Shown here: one piece after another, positions 47,462 to 58,400 of the stretch
Layout of the letters: each line of letters starts with the position of its first letter
Position numbering within the stretch: the first letter of the stretch is position 1
Origin: an uncultured Bacteriovoracaceae bacterium
GTDB taxonomy: Bacteria > Bdellovibrionota > Bacteriovoracia > Bacteriovoracales > Bacteriovoracaceae
Assembly: GCA_964012805.1 (NCBI GenBank)
Contig: CAXGUD010000015.1
Span: 1 to 64,000 of the forward strand
Length of the DNA: 64,000 nucleotides
Direction: 5' to 3'
Translations under genes and position numbers: made by a program
The notes under the pieces: model-generated
Database searches by the model: none
Told to the model about the DNA's origin: nothing
Seen by the model: the letters and a program-made list of their open reading frames with translations, nothing else

Positions 47462-48628
47462 TTATTTATTTTTTAAGGACATCTTATAAATCTTTTTTAG
47501 ATTCCTAAAGTAACCACTGAACTTAGGTTTTTCTTGTTTCCAAATAAAGTCTGGTCTATCGTATGAAATCCAAGACCCACCTACAATTCTATCTTTAGAA
47601 TCTAACTCTAGAGCGTATTCATAATCATCTACATTATATCCGTACATAAGACCCTTTTCACCGTCTTCATCAAGTTCATTTTCATAGAAATCAACTAGTT
47701 TATTAACTTCTGAATGAGGCTCTTCATCTATATAGAAAACTTCTGTTTTCAAAACAACTTCTTTAACTGTTCTAGGGTCAGCTCCACGCGAAGGGGCCCT
47801 CATAGAAATGACTTCAGAATCATAACGGAAGACAGCTTGGTTCCAAACCTCAAGGTCTCTCGTTTTATCCATAATAAAAGATTCATTCATTTTGCCAATT
47901 TGGTTTGCTAAGGCAATATGAAATGCACCAGCATTTGTATCTTGACAAGCCGCTTTGTTTTCTACAGCTCTTGGATTCTTTTTAAAATCAAAATTACAAC
48001 GTCTACCCAGGTTATAAGTTTTAACCTTCCTCTGATTCATGTGCATGTGATAAGTTAAAAGCGCCTTAAGATCTGAGGAATTAAAGTTTATTTTATGACC
48101 TCTCTTCCCTCTAACAGTCACCTTACCAGGTGCTTTATACAAATAAGTTGCTGGTGCCCAAGCATGACACAAGCCTTCCCATTCAGGGATTTCTCTATCA
48201 GTAAAGATTCCAGTTCTCTTTCTCTCGTATTTTGTCAGAGGAAAATTTCTTTTTCCAAGATATAAGTCGTATTTTTCAGCAGGCGATAATTTGTTAATAT
48301 CAGTTCCTTTACCTGGTGTCTCATACATATATGAAGATTTATCATCCTCTCCAATTTGCCAACGAAAGGTTATTCCCCCTCTCCAAGTTGCCCAATAATC
48401 TCCTGTCCAAGGAGTTTCAGTTAACTCTCCTGATAAGTTTAGCCCACCATCGAGAGAAAGACCTTTTTCATTGGTTTTAAAAGAGAAAGTTGTCTCGTAA
48501 TTTTTGGTTCCAAAGTTAAAAGGTGAATTTGCCCTGTCCCATCCGGAAAAACTATAAGCTTTGGGTAAGAAAGCAGTTAAAGTTAAGATTAATAAAGCAA
48601 ACTTTTTTAAAAAGGTTTTGAAATACAT
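47462..48628 (-). CDS. Secreted transglutaminase-elicitor (GP42-like) protein, catalytic domain only
   Basis: PWTGDYW, LSPAEKYD, WEGLCHAWAPA, DLKALL, NAGAFH, VWNQAV and RPDFIW; signal peptide. Confidence 0.82.
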   Translation of the reverse strand: MYFKTFLKKFALLILTLTAFLPKAYSFSGWDRANSPFNFGTKNYETTFSFKTNEKGLSLDGGLNLSGELTETPWTGDYWATWRGGITFRWQIGEDDKSSYMYETPGKGTDINKLSPAEKYDLYLGKRNFPLTKYERKRTGIFTDREIPEWEGLCHAWAPATYLYKAPGKVTVRGKRGHKINFNSSDLKALLTYHMHMNQRKVKTYNLGRRCNFDFKKNPRAVENKAACQDTNAGAFHIALANQIGKMNESFIMDKTRDLEVWNQAVFRYDSEVISMRAPSRGADPRTVKEVVLKTEVFYIDEEPHSEVNKLVDFYENELDEDGEKGLMYGYNVDDYEYALELDSKDRIVGGSWISYDRPDFIWKQEKPKFSGYFRNLKKIYKMSLKNK

Positions 48629-48939
48629 AAATTCTCCATCGATTTAAGGTGCAATACATCAATAAACCGGAGAATCAGTAATTTCAAATTCAAAAATAAA
48701 TAAAGAAATTTTTTTATGCTTCAGCATTTATTTGTTTAATTAAAGATATTTATTATTGGTAGATTTTAGATAATCGATAAAATTTGTTTATATTTATTAG
48801 AAGGTCATCATTTTTTCAAAAAGACGCAACTTAAGTAAATTTTAAACTATAATTCATTTAAATAAATTACCTCCTTAATTATATATTTTTTTTAAAATAA
48901 AATATTTTTTAGAATAGTGAAAAAATAGGGGGTCTCAAA

Positions 48940-49809
48940 ATGAAAGGGTTATTTATCCTATTTGGTCTTTTAAGTTCTTTAAACCTTTATTCCAAGTCAA
49001 GCGTCACACTTGCCGCAGGAGATTGGCCTCCATTTTTAAAAAAGAAAGGCCTGGCCCACCTTGGAGTAGGTGCTCATATTGTAAAAAAGGCCTTAAAAAG
49101 TCAGGGAATCCAAGTAAAGTTTAAGTTTTATCCCTGGTCGAGAGGAATGACTGAGGCAAAAAAAGCAAAAAAAGTAGATGGGGCCATCTTATGGCTGAAA
49201 AACCCAGATAGAGAGAAGATTTTTTACTATAGTGATAAAGTTATGGCCGAAACAAATGTCTTCTTCCATCTAAAGGGTTCATCTTTTAAATGTAGTTCAG
49301 ATAATAATTTATTGGCCTATAAGTGCATGGAAGAAATTGCTAAAAAGAACTTGAGAGTTGGTGGGATATATAAATTTAGTTATTCAAATCATTTTGATAA
49401 AGCTGTTGGGAAATCAGGTGATAAAGACGATTCTTCAAAGGCCATTATTAAAAACTTTAAAAGAAAAAGAAATAGCATCATTAACTTCGAGATGTTAATT
49501 AAGGGTAAAATCGATCTCTATCCTCAAGAAATCAATGTTGGTTATTATGAGCTTAACAATCTAATTAAAAATAAGTCAGATGCAACAAAAGTAACTCACC
49601 TTAATATTCCTCTTCAAGAAAAGCCTTCGTACCTCATAATGAGTAAGAAAAATAAAATAAACGAGAAAATTATTAAAAAGTTTAACGAAGGGCTCAAGGC
49701 ACTAAGAGAATCAGGTGAATATGAGAAAATGTTAGCACTAGACAAATCAGGTGGTTATGCTTGCAAAGAATTCAAAAAGGAAAACTCTGGAACAATACCT
49801 GGTTGTTAA
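48940..49809 (+). CDS. Orphan periplasmic substrate-binding protein (family 3-like)
   Basis: Signal peptide; DWPPF, FYPWSRG, NPDREKIFYYSD, MLIKGKIDLY and FNEGLKALRESGEYEK; no adjacent permease or ATPase. Confidence 0.85.
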   Translation: MKGLFILFGLLSSLNLYSKSSVTLAAGDWPPFLKKKGLAHLGVGAHIVKKALKSQGIQVKFKFYPWSRGMTEAKKAKKVDGAILWLKNPDREKIFYYSDKVMAETNVFFHLKGSSFKCSSDNNLLAYKCMEEIAKKNLRVGGIYKFSYSNHFDKAVGKSGDKDDSSKAIIKNFKRKRNSIINFEMLIKGKIDLYPQEINVGYYELNNLIKNKSDATKVTHLNIPLQEKPSYLIMSKKNKINEKIIKKFNEGLKALRESGEYEKMLALDKSGGYACKEFKKENSGTIPGC

Positions 49810-49827
49810 ATATTTATTTTAATTAGG

Positions 49828-49869
49828 AAGGCCTGTAAAAAAATCTTCTTAGTTTTATTTACAGGCCTT
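49828..49869. terminator. Hairpin between convergent genes
   Basis: aaggcctgtaaa / tttacaggcctt 12-bp inverted repeat. Confidence 0.65.
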
Positions 49870-49887
49870 ATATATTAAAAGTTTTAA

Positions 49888-51387
49888 TCAAGCTACTTTT
49901 TTGAGTTCCTTAGGAATTTCCATATAGAAAACCGTTCCTTCACTCCCGCTTCGAATGTCAAGAGTACCATCGTGCTCTTCGACTATTTTTCTAGCAATCA
50001 TAAAGCCAAGACCAGAGTGTTCTTGATTCTCATTGAAAGACATTTTTTCAAAGAAATTAACTCTATCTTTCTTTGAGAAGTGCGGCCCATTGTTTTTTAC
50101 TTCAAATAAGAAACTATTCTTTTTCTCTTTAAAAACAATTGATATAATTGGCTTTTCTATACCCTCATAAACAAGAATTTTTCTAGAACTATTTACAAGG
50201 TATCCAATAGCCCTTTTTAATTTAATTCCATCACACTCAATCACAGATTCATTTTCACAATCGACATTAAAATTGATTTCATAAAATCTTAAAACATCTT
50301 TAAATTTTCCCTTAAGGTAGTGGGATATATTATCTACTTTGTGAGGTTTTATATTTAAATGTTCCTGGTATTTTTCACTCATTAAATCTATGATAAGAAA
50401 AAGCAGATCATCACACGATGTTAAGAGGATTCCTTTTAACATCGTATAAAACTCTGATTCTTTAGCATCACTTCTGAACATATGCGAAACTGTTTTGATT
50501 GTATTAATTACATCCCTAAAATCATAAAGTAAGTTTTCCAAACCACTTTCAACATTCACTTTTTTAAGAATACTTAGATTAACCTCTTCAAAACTCTGCA
50601 AAGTAAGAGGTATCTTGACCCTCTCGCTAATCAAGATTAGACTTTCTTTTATAATTTCTTCCTCAAATTCAGTCATATTTTCTTTTAAATTAAATAAAAA
50701 GCTATTTTTATTACTAAATTGAATAGCGCAACGATTTCCAAATTTATAAAAATTAAGTATTTCTGATTTCTTTTCTGCCAATAAGTTAATATATTTTTGA
50801 GGTACGGCAATTTGTCGACCAATATAAGAATCACAATAAACCTTACCTGTAACTTTCTTAAGATCTTTATGCCTCCACATACCGAAAGAGGATAATTCTA
50901 GCTCCTCTCCCATAATATCAATAAAAATCTTATTTATGTCGTTCTTATCATTTGAATCCTTGAACTTTTTAATTAGATAATTGCCAACTTCAATCTTGAG
51001 GTCGTATTTAATCATTTTCTTGACCAACTGAATTCCGAGTGCATTATCCCTAGGTAAAGTTAATTCGATATGTTCAGAATCAAGTGATACCTTATTTGAT
51101 TTAACCTCTGATTCAAATAATACCATCTCAAATTTGATAAGCTTTTCTTTTAATTTATTACTGAATTTATTTATTTCCGTTTTAGAAAAAGAATCTTTAT
51201 TAACAAAAAGAAAATACTTAACCTTCTTTTTGCCAATTTTTTGTCTTAGATCACTCGTGATGGAATTAAGACTGGTCTTTTTTATTGCCTTTAATCCAAC
51301 ATCCTTAAGTCCAGAGAAAAGAGCTAGCTCATTCTCATTGAACTTTTTAGATATCAAATAAGATATATTAGACCGATTATACCGCAC
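49888..51387 (-). CDS. Soluble class I histidine-kinase-like protein with degenerate catalytic motifs (pseudokinase)
   Basis: HATPase G2 HSGLGFMIARKIVEEHDG is intact, but the H-box reads LLYDFRD, the N-box YLVNSS and G1 NNGPHF. Confidence 0.75.
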   Translation of the reverse strand: MRYNRSNISYLISKKFNENELALFSGLKDVGLKAIKKTSLNSITSDLRQKIGKKKVKYFLFVNKDSFSKTEINKFSNKLKEKLIKFEMVLFESEVKSNKVSLDSEHIELTLPRDNALGIQLVKKMIKYDLKIEVGNYLIKKFKDSNDKNDINKIFIDIMGEELELSSFGMWRHKDLKKVTGKVYCDSYIGRQIAVPQKYINLLAEKKSEILNFYKFGNRCAIQFSNKNSFLFNLKENMTEFEEEIIKESLILISERVKIPLTLQSFEEVNLSILKKVNVESGLENLLYDFRDVINTIKTVSHMFRSDAKESEFYTMLKGILLTSCDDLLFLIIDLMSEKYQEHLNIKPHKVDNISHYLKGKFKDVLRFYEINFNVDCENESVIECDGIKLKRAIGYLVNSSRKILVYEGIEKPIISIVFKEKKNSFLFEVKNNGPHFSKKDRVNFFEKMSFNENQEHSGLGFMIARKIVEEHDGTLDIRSGSEGTVFYMEIPKELKKVA

Positions 51388-51396
51388 CTTAATTCC

Positions 51397-54300
51397 TTAA
51401 CCTTTATTATCATTAATTTTTATAACAAAAACTGTTCCCGAACCAAACTTTGATTCAACAAAAACCTCTCCTCCAATTTTATTAACATTTTCCTTAACAA
51501 TATCCATTCCAATACCACGCCCTGATAATTCATCTACTGTATCTTTTTGACTAAAGTTCGGAGTAAAAATTACTTTTATAATTTCCTCATCACTCATTTT
51601 TTTAAGTTGATCTTCCGTTAATAAACCTTTTTGAACGGCTTTTTTTCCTATAAGCTGGGGATCAATTCCCTTACCATCATCTTCAATTGTTATTTCTATT
51701 GAATCGTCAGCAAGGTTTTCTTTACACCTTACTTTTATTGTTCCTTTGGGGTTTTTCCCCATTTCTTGTCTTTCTTTTGGCAATTCCAAACCATGATCCA
51801 AAGCGTTTCTTAAAATATGAACCATTGCATCTTGTAGGAGGTTATATGACTCTTTATTCATCGCGACCCCATCTCCATCCAAAATGAAGTCAACACTCTT
51901 ACTTAACTTTAAAGCAATATCATCTATCATGGTTTTGAACTTAGACATCTGTGGAAGTATTGGGATATCTTTTAGCTTTTGGACTGCTTTTTTAATCCTA
52001 TCTATATTGCCTTCTTCAATAATTTTTTCTAGTTTTTTAATGTTCCTCATCACAACAGGCCAGGTCTCTACCTTTTTAATATTCATATCACCCTGTTTCT
52101 CGATAAAGAACCCATTAACTAATTGGTAAAAGTCTATTAGCTTCATATAATAATAATAGTCGACATTTTTAAAAAATAATTCCATAACACCAGCAAGTGG
52201 ATCACCTTGATGGGCAAGACTTTTTATTTTAGAAGGCAAGTTGTTCGTTATTCTCGCTGTTTTCAACTCTACTCGAAACAAACTAAGCTTTGGATTTTCT
52301 GAGCTATTAAAAAGAAAAATATCCAGGCCTGAATCTAACTTATAAAAATCTTGCGAACCAAGCCATTTAGATGCTTCCAAAAAGAAATAACTTGGTTTTA
52401 TTTCATTTTTAATAAAAATGTCCAAAACAGAATGCAAAATTATTTCATGATCAAGCTCTAGTATTGAAGATTCAATTTCACTTAATTTTTTACCTTCATC
52501 ATTTATGACTTTTTCGAAACCCTCAATATACTTCTTTCTCTGACTATGATCTTTTACCTTTGAAAACTCGAGGTATGATATGAGTGAACAATAACGCCAC
52601 AAGACTTCAAATAAGCTCTTTATATTGTCACTATCTTCTAACTTTGTTAATCCTTTTAAATCCGCTGCTATCTTATTAACAAATAAAAGGTCCATTTTAT
52701 TCGCTTGCTCAATAAGCGCGCCTAAAGCTATATTATACTCACGATTTCTTTTACTTTCTTTAAAAGATACCGTTAATTTATATATATTATTAAATAGTTC
52801 TGCCCACTCACTTTTTGTAAAAGCAAAAGGCTTATTCAAATCTGATTGCATATAAACAGTTTTTACCTGATCTTTTATTTCAATAAAATTGTCTATAAAA
52901 CGTGTAGAAAAATCATCTAATGAGATATCATCCAACTTTTCTAAGAGAGAAAAGCTAGTTTCAAAGTTTTGAACCTTTTCTCTTACAATACTTAAAGATG
53001 AGGAAGACCTGAGACAACCTTTTAATGAATGAGTTGTCCTCTTTAATTGAACCTTAAATTCATCAGTTAACTCTTTGCTTTTTATATTGTTAAACTCTTC
53101 TCTTCTGCCCTTTATTGACTCGTTACTGCTTAACTTTTTTTCCGAGTTTGTTAAATTAATACAAATTAGATTGTCTAAATCCGTTAAATAACCATGAGTT
53201 TCTTTTAATAACTTTTTACCAAACTCATTCTCTAGACGAAAAACCTTTTTAGCTAGGTTTCCATAGTCATTAATCTCTTGCCTTAAAAAATAAAGATTAT
53301 CAATAAGGTCTCCGACATCTTCTTTATCAAAATGATCACCTTTATTTTCCTGAATTTCTTTAACTTGGCTTTCTGTAATATGAGTTAAAGAGGATATAGA
53401 CTCGAAATTAAAAGCCCTTGCATTTCCCTTCAAAGTATGGAGGAAGCGAAACATATTTTTTACAGAGTTATCCTTTTCACTCTTAGGATTTTTTGCCAAT
53501 GCCATCGTATCGTCTATAAGGCTTCTTGCATTGATTAAAAAGTTTTCGACATCCTCGATTTCAGCATTGGCCATCTCAGTAATAATCGATATATTCTTTT
53601 CATTGGATTTCTTTTCTTTTTTTATTTCCTTCTCTAACTTTTCTCTTTCCGTTACATCTTCAACATTAAACATTATTTTTTCTAAAAGTTCGTTCTCATC
53701 CCAAAGCGGTATGTAGTTTACAGAAAATGTTTTTACTTCCTTAACGAAACCTTTAGAGTCATATATATTATAATGAATCTTACTCAATAAATGATCTTCA
53801 ACCATTTCCCACTGTAAAGAGTTTGCTCCAAATATAACACTATAAGCACTAAATAAATTAGCATAGTCTTCAGAAGCCAAGTCTACATCTTTGTATAGAG
53901 TTTTAAAAATATCTTTTCCCAAAATGTCATGGGAAAAACAGGTATCAGTGAAACTTGACACAGGCGGAATGACGTTCCAATCACCATTGACACAAAATAT
54001 GGCCTGCTTCATATTATTTAATAGGTTTGAAACCTTATCTTTTTCTTCTTCTATTTCTTGAGTTGCCTCTTTCACCTTATCTTCTAGATTTTCTGCATAA
54101 TCTCTCAATTTTTCGTGGGAGATTTGTAGGTTTTTTTTCATTTTATTGAAACTATCTACAAGCTTCTCTAATTCATCACTCTTTTTTTGCTCTTCTCTTT
54201 CTAGAGTCAGATCACCAACTTGTAAATCATCCAGACTGAAGTTCTCTGCATAATGGGCCATTTTTTGGAGATGGGAAGAAACATACTTTCTAAAAACTGA

Positions 54301-54843
54301 ATAAATAATAAGAGTTATTAATAAAAATTGAATACCTTGTATGAGTGCAAAAACTAATACCTGCTCTCTCATTTTTTCTGTAATGCCTTTTAAACTCGCA
54401 ACCATCTTTAACTGACCAATTTTTTCAGCTGGCTTATTGGCATCTCTCTCTTCCTCAGGAACTAAAATATCGGTTACATCAGTTATAGTGGCGCCTGCCT
54501 CCATTTTTCCTGCTTTAACTCTAATTTCACCTTTTTCATCAGCAAAAGATTTAACATGAACATAAATAAAATCTGGGGTTGCAAGGATTCCTTTTATTTG
54601 ACTATCAAGCTGGGAATCGTCTTCATAGAAAAGAGCCCTTCCAAGGGCCTCAAGGTTGGTTTTTTCTACGTTTGCGAAACGCTCTCTTAGATTTTTTTTA
54701 AATTCTAAGTAGTCCCTCCTCAAAGAAAGGCTGGTCCCAATTATTGAGACTATCAGACCTGAGAAGATAACCAGAAAAATTACTTTTTTGGCAATCGAGG
54801 TATCTTCCTTTCTTTTTTTAATTTCCATTCGCATATCTGTCAT
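51397..54843 (-). CDS. Membrane-bound CheA-type kinase lacking CheW with two Hpt motifs (CHASE5-like sensor-HAMP-PAS-like)
   Basis: 2 TM segments, DY...ALFYEDDSQLDSQIKGILATPD sensor, HAMP (DELEKLVDSFNKM), FRFLHTLKGNAR, RTTHSLKG, HILRNALDHGLE and LSGRGIGMD. Confidence 0.88.
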   Translation of the reverse strand: MTDMRMEIKKRKEDTSIAKKVIFLVIFSGLIVSIIGTSLSLRRDYLEFKKNLRERFANVEKTNLEALGRALFYEDDSQLDSQIKGILATPDFIYVHVKSFADEKGEIRVKAGKMEAGATITDVTDILVPEEERDANKPAEKIGQLKMVASLKGITEKMREQVLVFALIQGIQFLLITLIIYSVFRKYVSSHLQKMAHYAENFSLDDLQVGDLTLEREEQKKSDELEKLVDSFNKMKKNLQISHEKLRDYAENLEDKVKEATQEIEEEKDKVSNLLNNMKQAIFCVNGDWNVIPPVSSFTDTCFSHDILGKDIFKTLYKDVDLASEDYANLFSAYSVIFGANSLQWEMVEDHLLSKIHYNIYDSKGFVKEVKTFSVNYIPLWDENELLEKIMFNVEDVTEREKLEKEIKKEKKSNEKNISIITEMANAEIEDVENFLINARSLIDDTMALAKNPKSEKDNSVKNMFRFLHTLKGNARAFNFESISSLTHITESQVKEIQENKGDHFDKEDVGDLIDNLYFLRQEINDYGNLAKKVFRLENEFGKKLLKETHGYLTDLDNLICINLTNSEKKLSSNESIKGRREEFNNIKSKELTDEFKVQLKRTTHSLKGCLRSSSSLSIVREKVQNFETSFSLLEKLDDISLDDFSTRFIDNFIEIKDQVKTVYMQSDLNKPFAFTKSEWAELFNNIYKLTVSFKESKRNREYNIALGALIEQANKMDLLFVNKIAADLKGLTKLEDSDNIKSLFEVLWRYCSLISYLEFSKVKDHSQRKKYIEGFEKVINDEGKKLSEIESSILELDHEIILHSVLDIFIKNEIKPSYFFLEASKWLGSQDFYKLDSGLDIFLFNSSENPKLSLFRVELKTARITNNLPSKIKSLAHQGDPLAGVMELFFKNVDYYYYMKLIDFYQLVNGFFIEKQGDMNIKKVETWPVVMRNIKKLEKIIEEGNIDRIKKAVQKLKDIPILPQMSKFKTMIDDIALKLSKSVDFILDGDGVAMNKESYNLLQDAMVHILRNALDHGLELPKERQEMGKNPKGTIKVRCKENLADDSIEITIEDDGKGIDPQLIGKKAVQKGLLTEDQLKKMSDEEIIKVIFTPNFSQKDTVDELSGRGIGMDIVKENVNKIGGEVFVESKFGSGTVFVIKINDNKG

Positions 54844-54866
54844 AATAGAAATAGTTTATTTTAAGA

Positions 54867-55229
54867 TTACCTATTTAAAATTTTCTCAACCATTGTCAAA
54901 AACTTTTTGTCTGAAACTGGCTTAATCATCCAGATTGAGACGCCTGCTTCCATTCCATCTTTTCTTAGTTGTGGATTAGCTTCAGTAGTAACCATCATTA
55001 TGGGAGCCGTTTCAAATGCTTCATCCTTCAGTTTTTTACACATGGACAATCCATCCATATTAGGCATATGGAGGTCAGAAATTATAAGGTCTATATCTGA
55101 GTGGTTTTTAATTAGGTCATAACCCTCAATCCCATCTCCTGCTTCTAGGATCTGATGATCCAGATCTTCCAGCAGCTCTTTCATCTTATGCCTAAAATCG
55201 TGGGAATCTTCCACCAATAGAATTTTCAT
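54867..55229 (-). CDS. Single-domain CheY-like response regulator
   Basis: LVED, SDLHMPNMDG, VTTE and IKP; ATG at 55229 has a GGAG RBS. Confidence 0.9.
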   Translation of the reverse strand: MKILLVEDSHDFRHKMKELLEDLDHQILEAGDGIEGYDLIKNHSDIDLIISDLHMPNMDGLSMCKKLKDEAFETAPIMMVTTEANPQLRKDGMEAGVSIWMIKPVSDKKFLTMVEKILNR

Positions 55230-55263
55230 ATTATTCTCCAAAAAACCATCTTTATTAGGATTC

Positions 55264-55289
55264 TTATCGTTTCTTTTTTTAAAAGTTTA
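55264..55289 (-). promoter_or_regulatory. Sigma28-like promoter (leftward)
   Basis: TAAA-N14-AACGATAA. Confidence 0.35.
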
Positions 55290-55354
55290 AATAGTTTCCA
55301 AAAAGGTTAATAAATGTTTATTGACCGACTTTTTTCATAAACTACCTTTGTATT

Positions 55355-55382
55355 TAAATATTTTTTCCAGAAACTCCGACAA
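55355..55382 (+). promoter_or_regulatory. Sigma28-like promoter (rightward)
   Basis: TAAA-N16-TCCGACAA upstream of the AGGGGA RBS and ATG at 55414. Confidence 0.4.
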
Positions 55383-55413
55383 ATTGCATAGAAGTGCCAT
55401 CTTTAGGGGAAAT

Positions 55414-58400
55414 ATGAAACTTCTTTTCACTTTAACTATTTTATTTTTTTCACTCTCTTGTCCAGGTTTTTCACCCCCTAAAGCAATCAAGGGTATTATC
55501 GATTTATCCAGCATTGACCTAAAAAAAGAAAAGCAAATTCCCTTAAACGGACAATGGAATTTTTACTGGAAAAAAATCATTAAACCCGAGGAGGTCTTAA
55601 ATAAAAAATTACCCCTCCGAAGTAAATTAATAGAAGTTCCAGGGTTATGGACTTCACTAACCAAGAGCCAAAAAGATAGTAAAAAATTCCAAACTGGATA
55701 TGGAAGCTACCTTCTTTATGTAAAAGGCTTAAATTACAAATCAAAATTAGGTTTTACTCTTAAGTATTTCGCAACAGCTTATTCGAGTTATATAATCACA
55801 AAAAGTGAAATTATTCCTCTTTTTAGAATTGGAAAAGTTGGCAAAAGCGAAGAAGAGTCTATTCCAACAACAGCCACAAGAATAGCTGAATTAAATATCA
55901 AGGAAAGTGAATTCTATATACTTATCCAGTCATCTAATTATCATTACAGAACAGGCGGTTTTTTTAATCCTTTTCTTATAGGGACATCAAAAAGCATTAA
56001 TGAAAAAGTTATAAGTAACTTCTTAAAGTCCTTTTTTCTCATGGGAGTTATACTAATAATGTCCCTTTATCACTTTGGATTATATAGCTTAAGAAGAAAA
56101 GACCTTGGAAGCTTTTGGTTTGGAGTTCTTTGTTTCGTATTGTTCTTGAGAGAGGGAACAACAGAAACCTTTTTGATGCAGTTTGTGGATCAGTCATCTT
56201 TTTTATTCCACCTTAATTCAAAACTAGAATATTCGACAATGTTTTTAGGAAGTGCCGTATTCCTCACATTCCTTAATGAAATTTTGAAAGATTATTTTAG
56301 CAAAAAGATAATACTTTTCTACTGGATATCTGGTGTCATTTACACACTCATTATGCTTTTTACATCTCCAGCAATATATACAAAAACAATATTCCTTACA
56401 TCGAGTCAATTCATTTCTTTTACCTGTATTCTTTATGCAATAATAAATATTTTTAGGGCCGCTCTAAAAAAAGCGGAATATTCCAGAATCCTTGCTCTGG
56501 CCATTGGTTTTTTAGTTTTTGGAGCGACCTACGATATTCTCGTTACAAAAGACATATTTCCCCCGCCTTTTATAATGCCGTACACATTTATAGTTTTTAT
56601 TTTTATACAAAGTTATATTCTAGCAACTAAATTTTCTCATGCTTACAATACAGCTGAGGCCCTTAGTAAAGATTTGGAAAAGGAGGTTGTCTTTAGGACA
56701 AAAGAAGCTGTTTCTGCAAAAGAATTGGCCCAGTTGTCAGAAAAGAATATTTCGAACCTTCTAAATAATATGAGGCAATCCGTCTTCACGATTAATAATG
56801 AAAGAAAAGTAATGACACCGGTTTCTCGCTTTACTTATGATATTTTTGAAACAAATATCGAAGGAAAAGGCGTTTTTGATCATATTTATGCCTCGATTGA
56901 TGAGTCTTCAGAGCTTTATTCTACTATTGATAATGTTTTTAACATGGTTTTTCTTTCTGATGAGTTTCAATGGGACTTATCAGAGGACTACCTACCAAGG
57001 CGAGTTATTTTTAGGAATCATAATGATGATGATAAAACTGAAAAAATTCTTAAAGTGGCCTACACTCCTTTATGGAACGATAAAGAGAGTTTAGAAAGAA
57101 TTATGTTTATTGTTGAAGATATTACAGAAATAGAAAAATTAGAAAAAGAGATGAATGAACAAAAGTCAGCTGCGACCAAAAATATTCAAATGCTTCAGGA
57201 GATGGCGTCTTCAAACAAAGATGACCTAAGTATGTTTTTTTCGAACGCCTTAAAATTAACAGCTGATTCAATTGAATCCACAAAGACTTATAGAGAAAAC
57301 ATTCCACTAAAAGTGGATTTTCCAGAGTTAGAAAAACTTTTTAGAAACCTTCATACCATAAAAGGTAACTCAAGAATTTTTGGATTATCCTTAATTTCAT
57401 CGTTTGTGCATAACTTAGAGAGTGATGTACATGAATTTAAGGAGTTAAAAAATATTAATAAAAAACCAGACATTAATAGCATCGATGATTTTATTCAAAA
57501 CCTTTACAGTTTGCAAGGCCAGGTGAATGATTATATGAGAGTTGGCCAAGAAGTATTTGACCTCAACTTTTCAGAAGATAAAAAGTTTAAACATGAGCTT
57601 CAACAATATTTAATTGAACTTGAATTCCTTTTTCAAGACAGTATAGATAGGCCTTTAGAACAAATGGAAAACCCTCAATTTAAAGACAAAATAATTGAGT
57701 TGAAAAAAATAAAATCTTTTCCAGATGATATCCACCTACTTAAATTAAACCTCCATACAATAAAAGGGGTTTCCAGATCTATAGGTGAAAGAGACATTTC
57801 CGATTATATTCACTCTATTGAGAATGGCGTCCAAATGCTTATCCAATCAGATAAAATGAGCAAAGATAAATTTAATGAAATATTCAAAATACCTTTATTT
57901 AAAGTTTACAACCTTGGTAAGTCTCTTTATTTTAAAACAAATATGCACAAAGATAAGCATCAGATTACTCATGATGGATGGGTGAAAATTTTCCTCGAAA
58001 CTTATACTTTTTCAAATAATCTTGCCCTTCACTATTTTCAAAATAAATTGGATGATCACGATTTAAAGATAAGCCTGGAAGCAATAAGCATTACTTCCAG
58101 AGAATATGGGTTGGATTTAATCAACAGAATTGTAAAAAAGGCGTTTCATGCTCTTGATCGAAATGAGTCTATAGAAGACGTCATATTTCCCTATTGCATA
58201 GAAATGTGGTCATATCTATCATTAATTTCTCTTTTTGACTTTGAAAAGAATGGGGACTTAAAGAGTGCATCCAAAGTTTTTGACCACTTTCATGAAAACG
58301 ATTTTAATCTAGATGAATCAGGTAATATAGGAAAAACAATTTTCACTTCTTTTTTAAGAACAATTTTTAGCGAAAAGCTTGCGACCAAAGAAGAGTTTTT

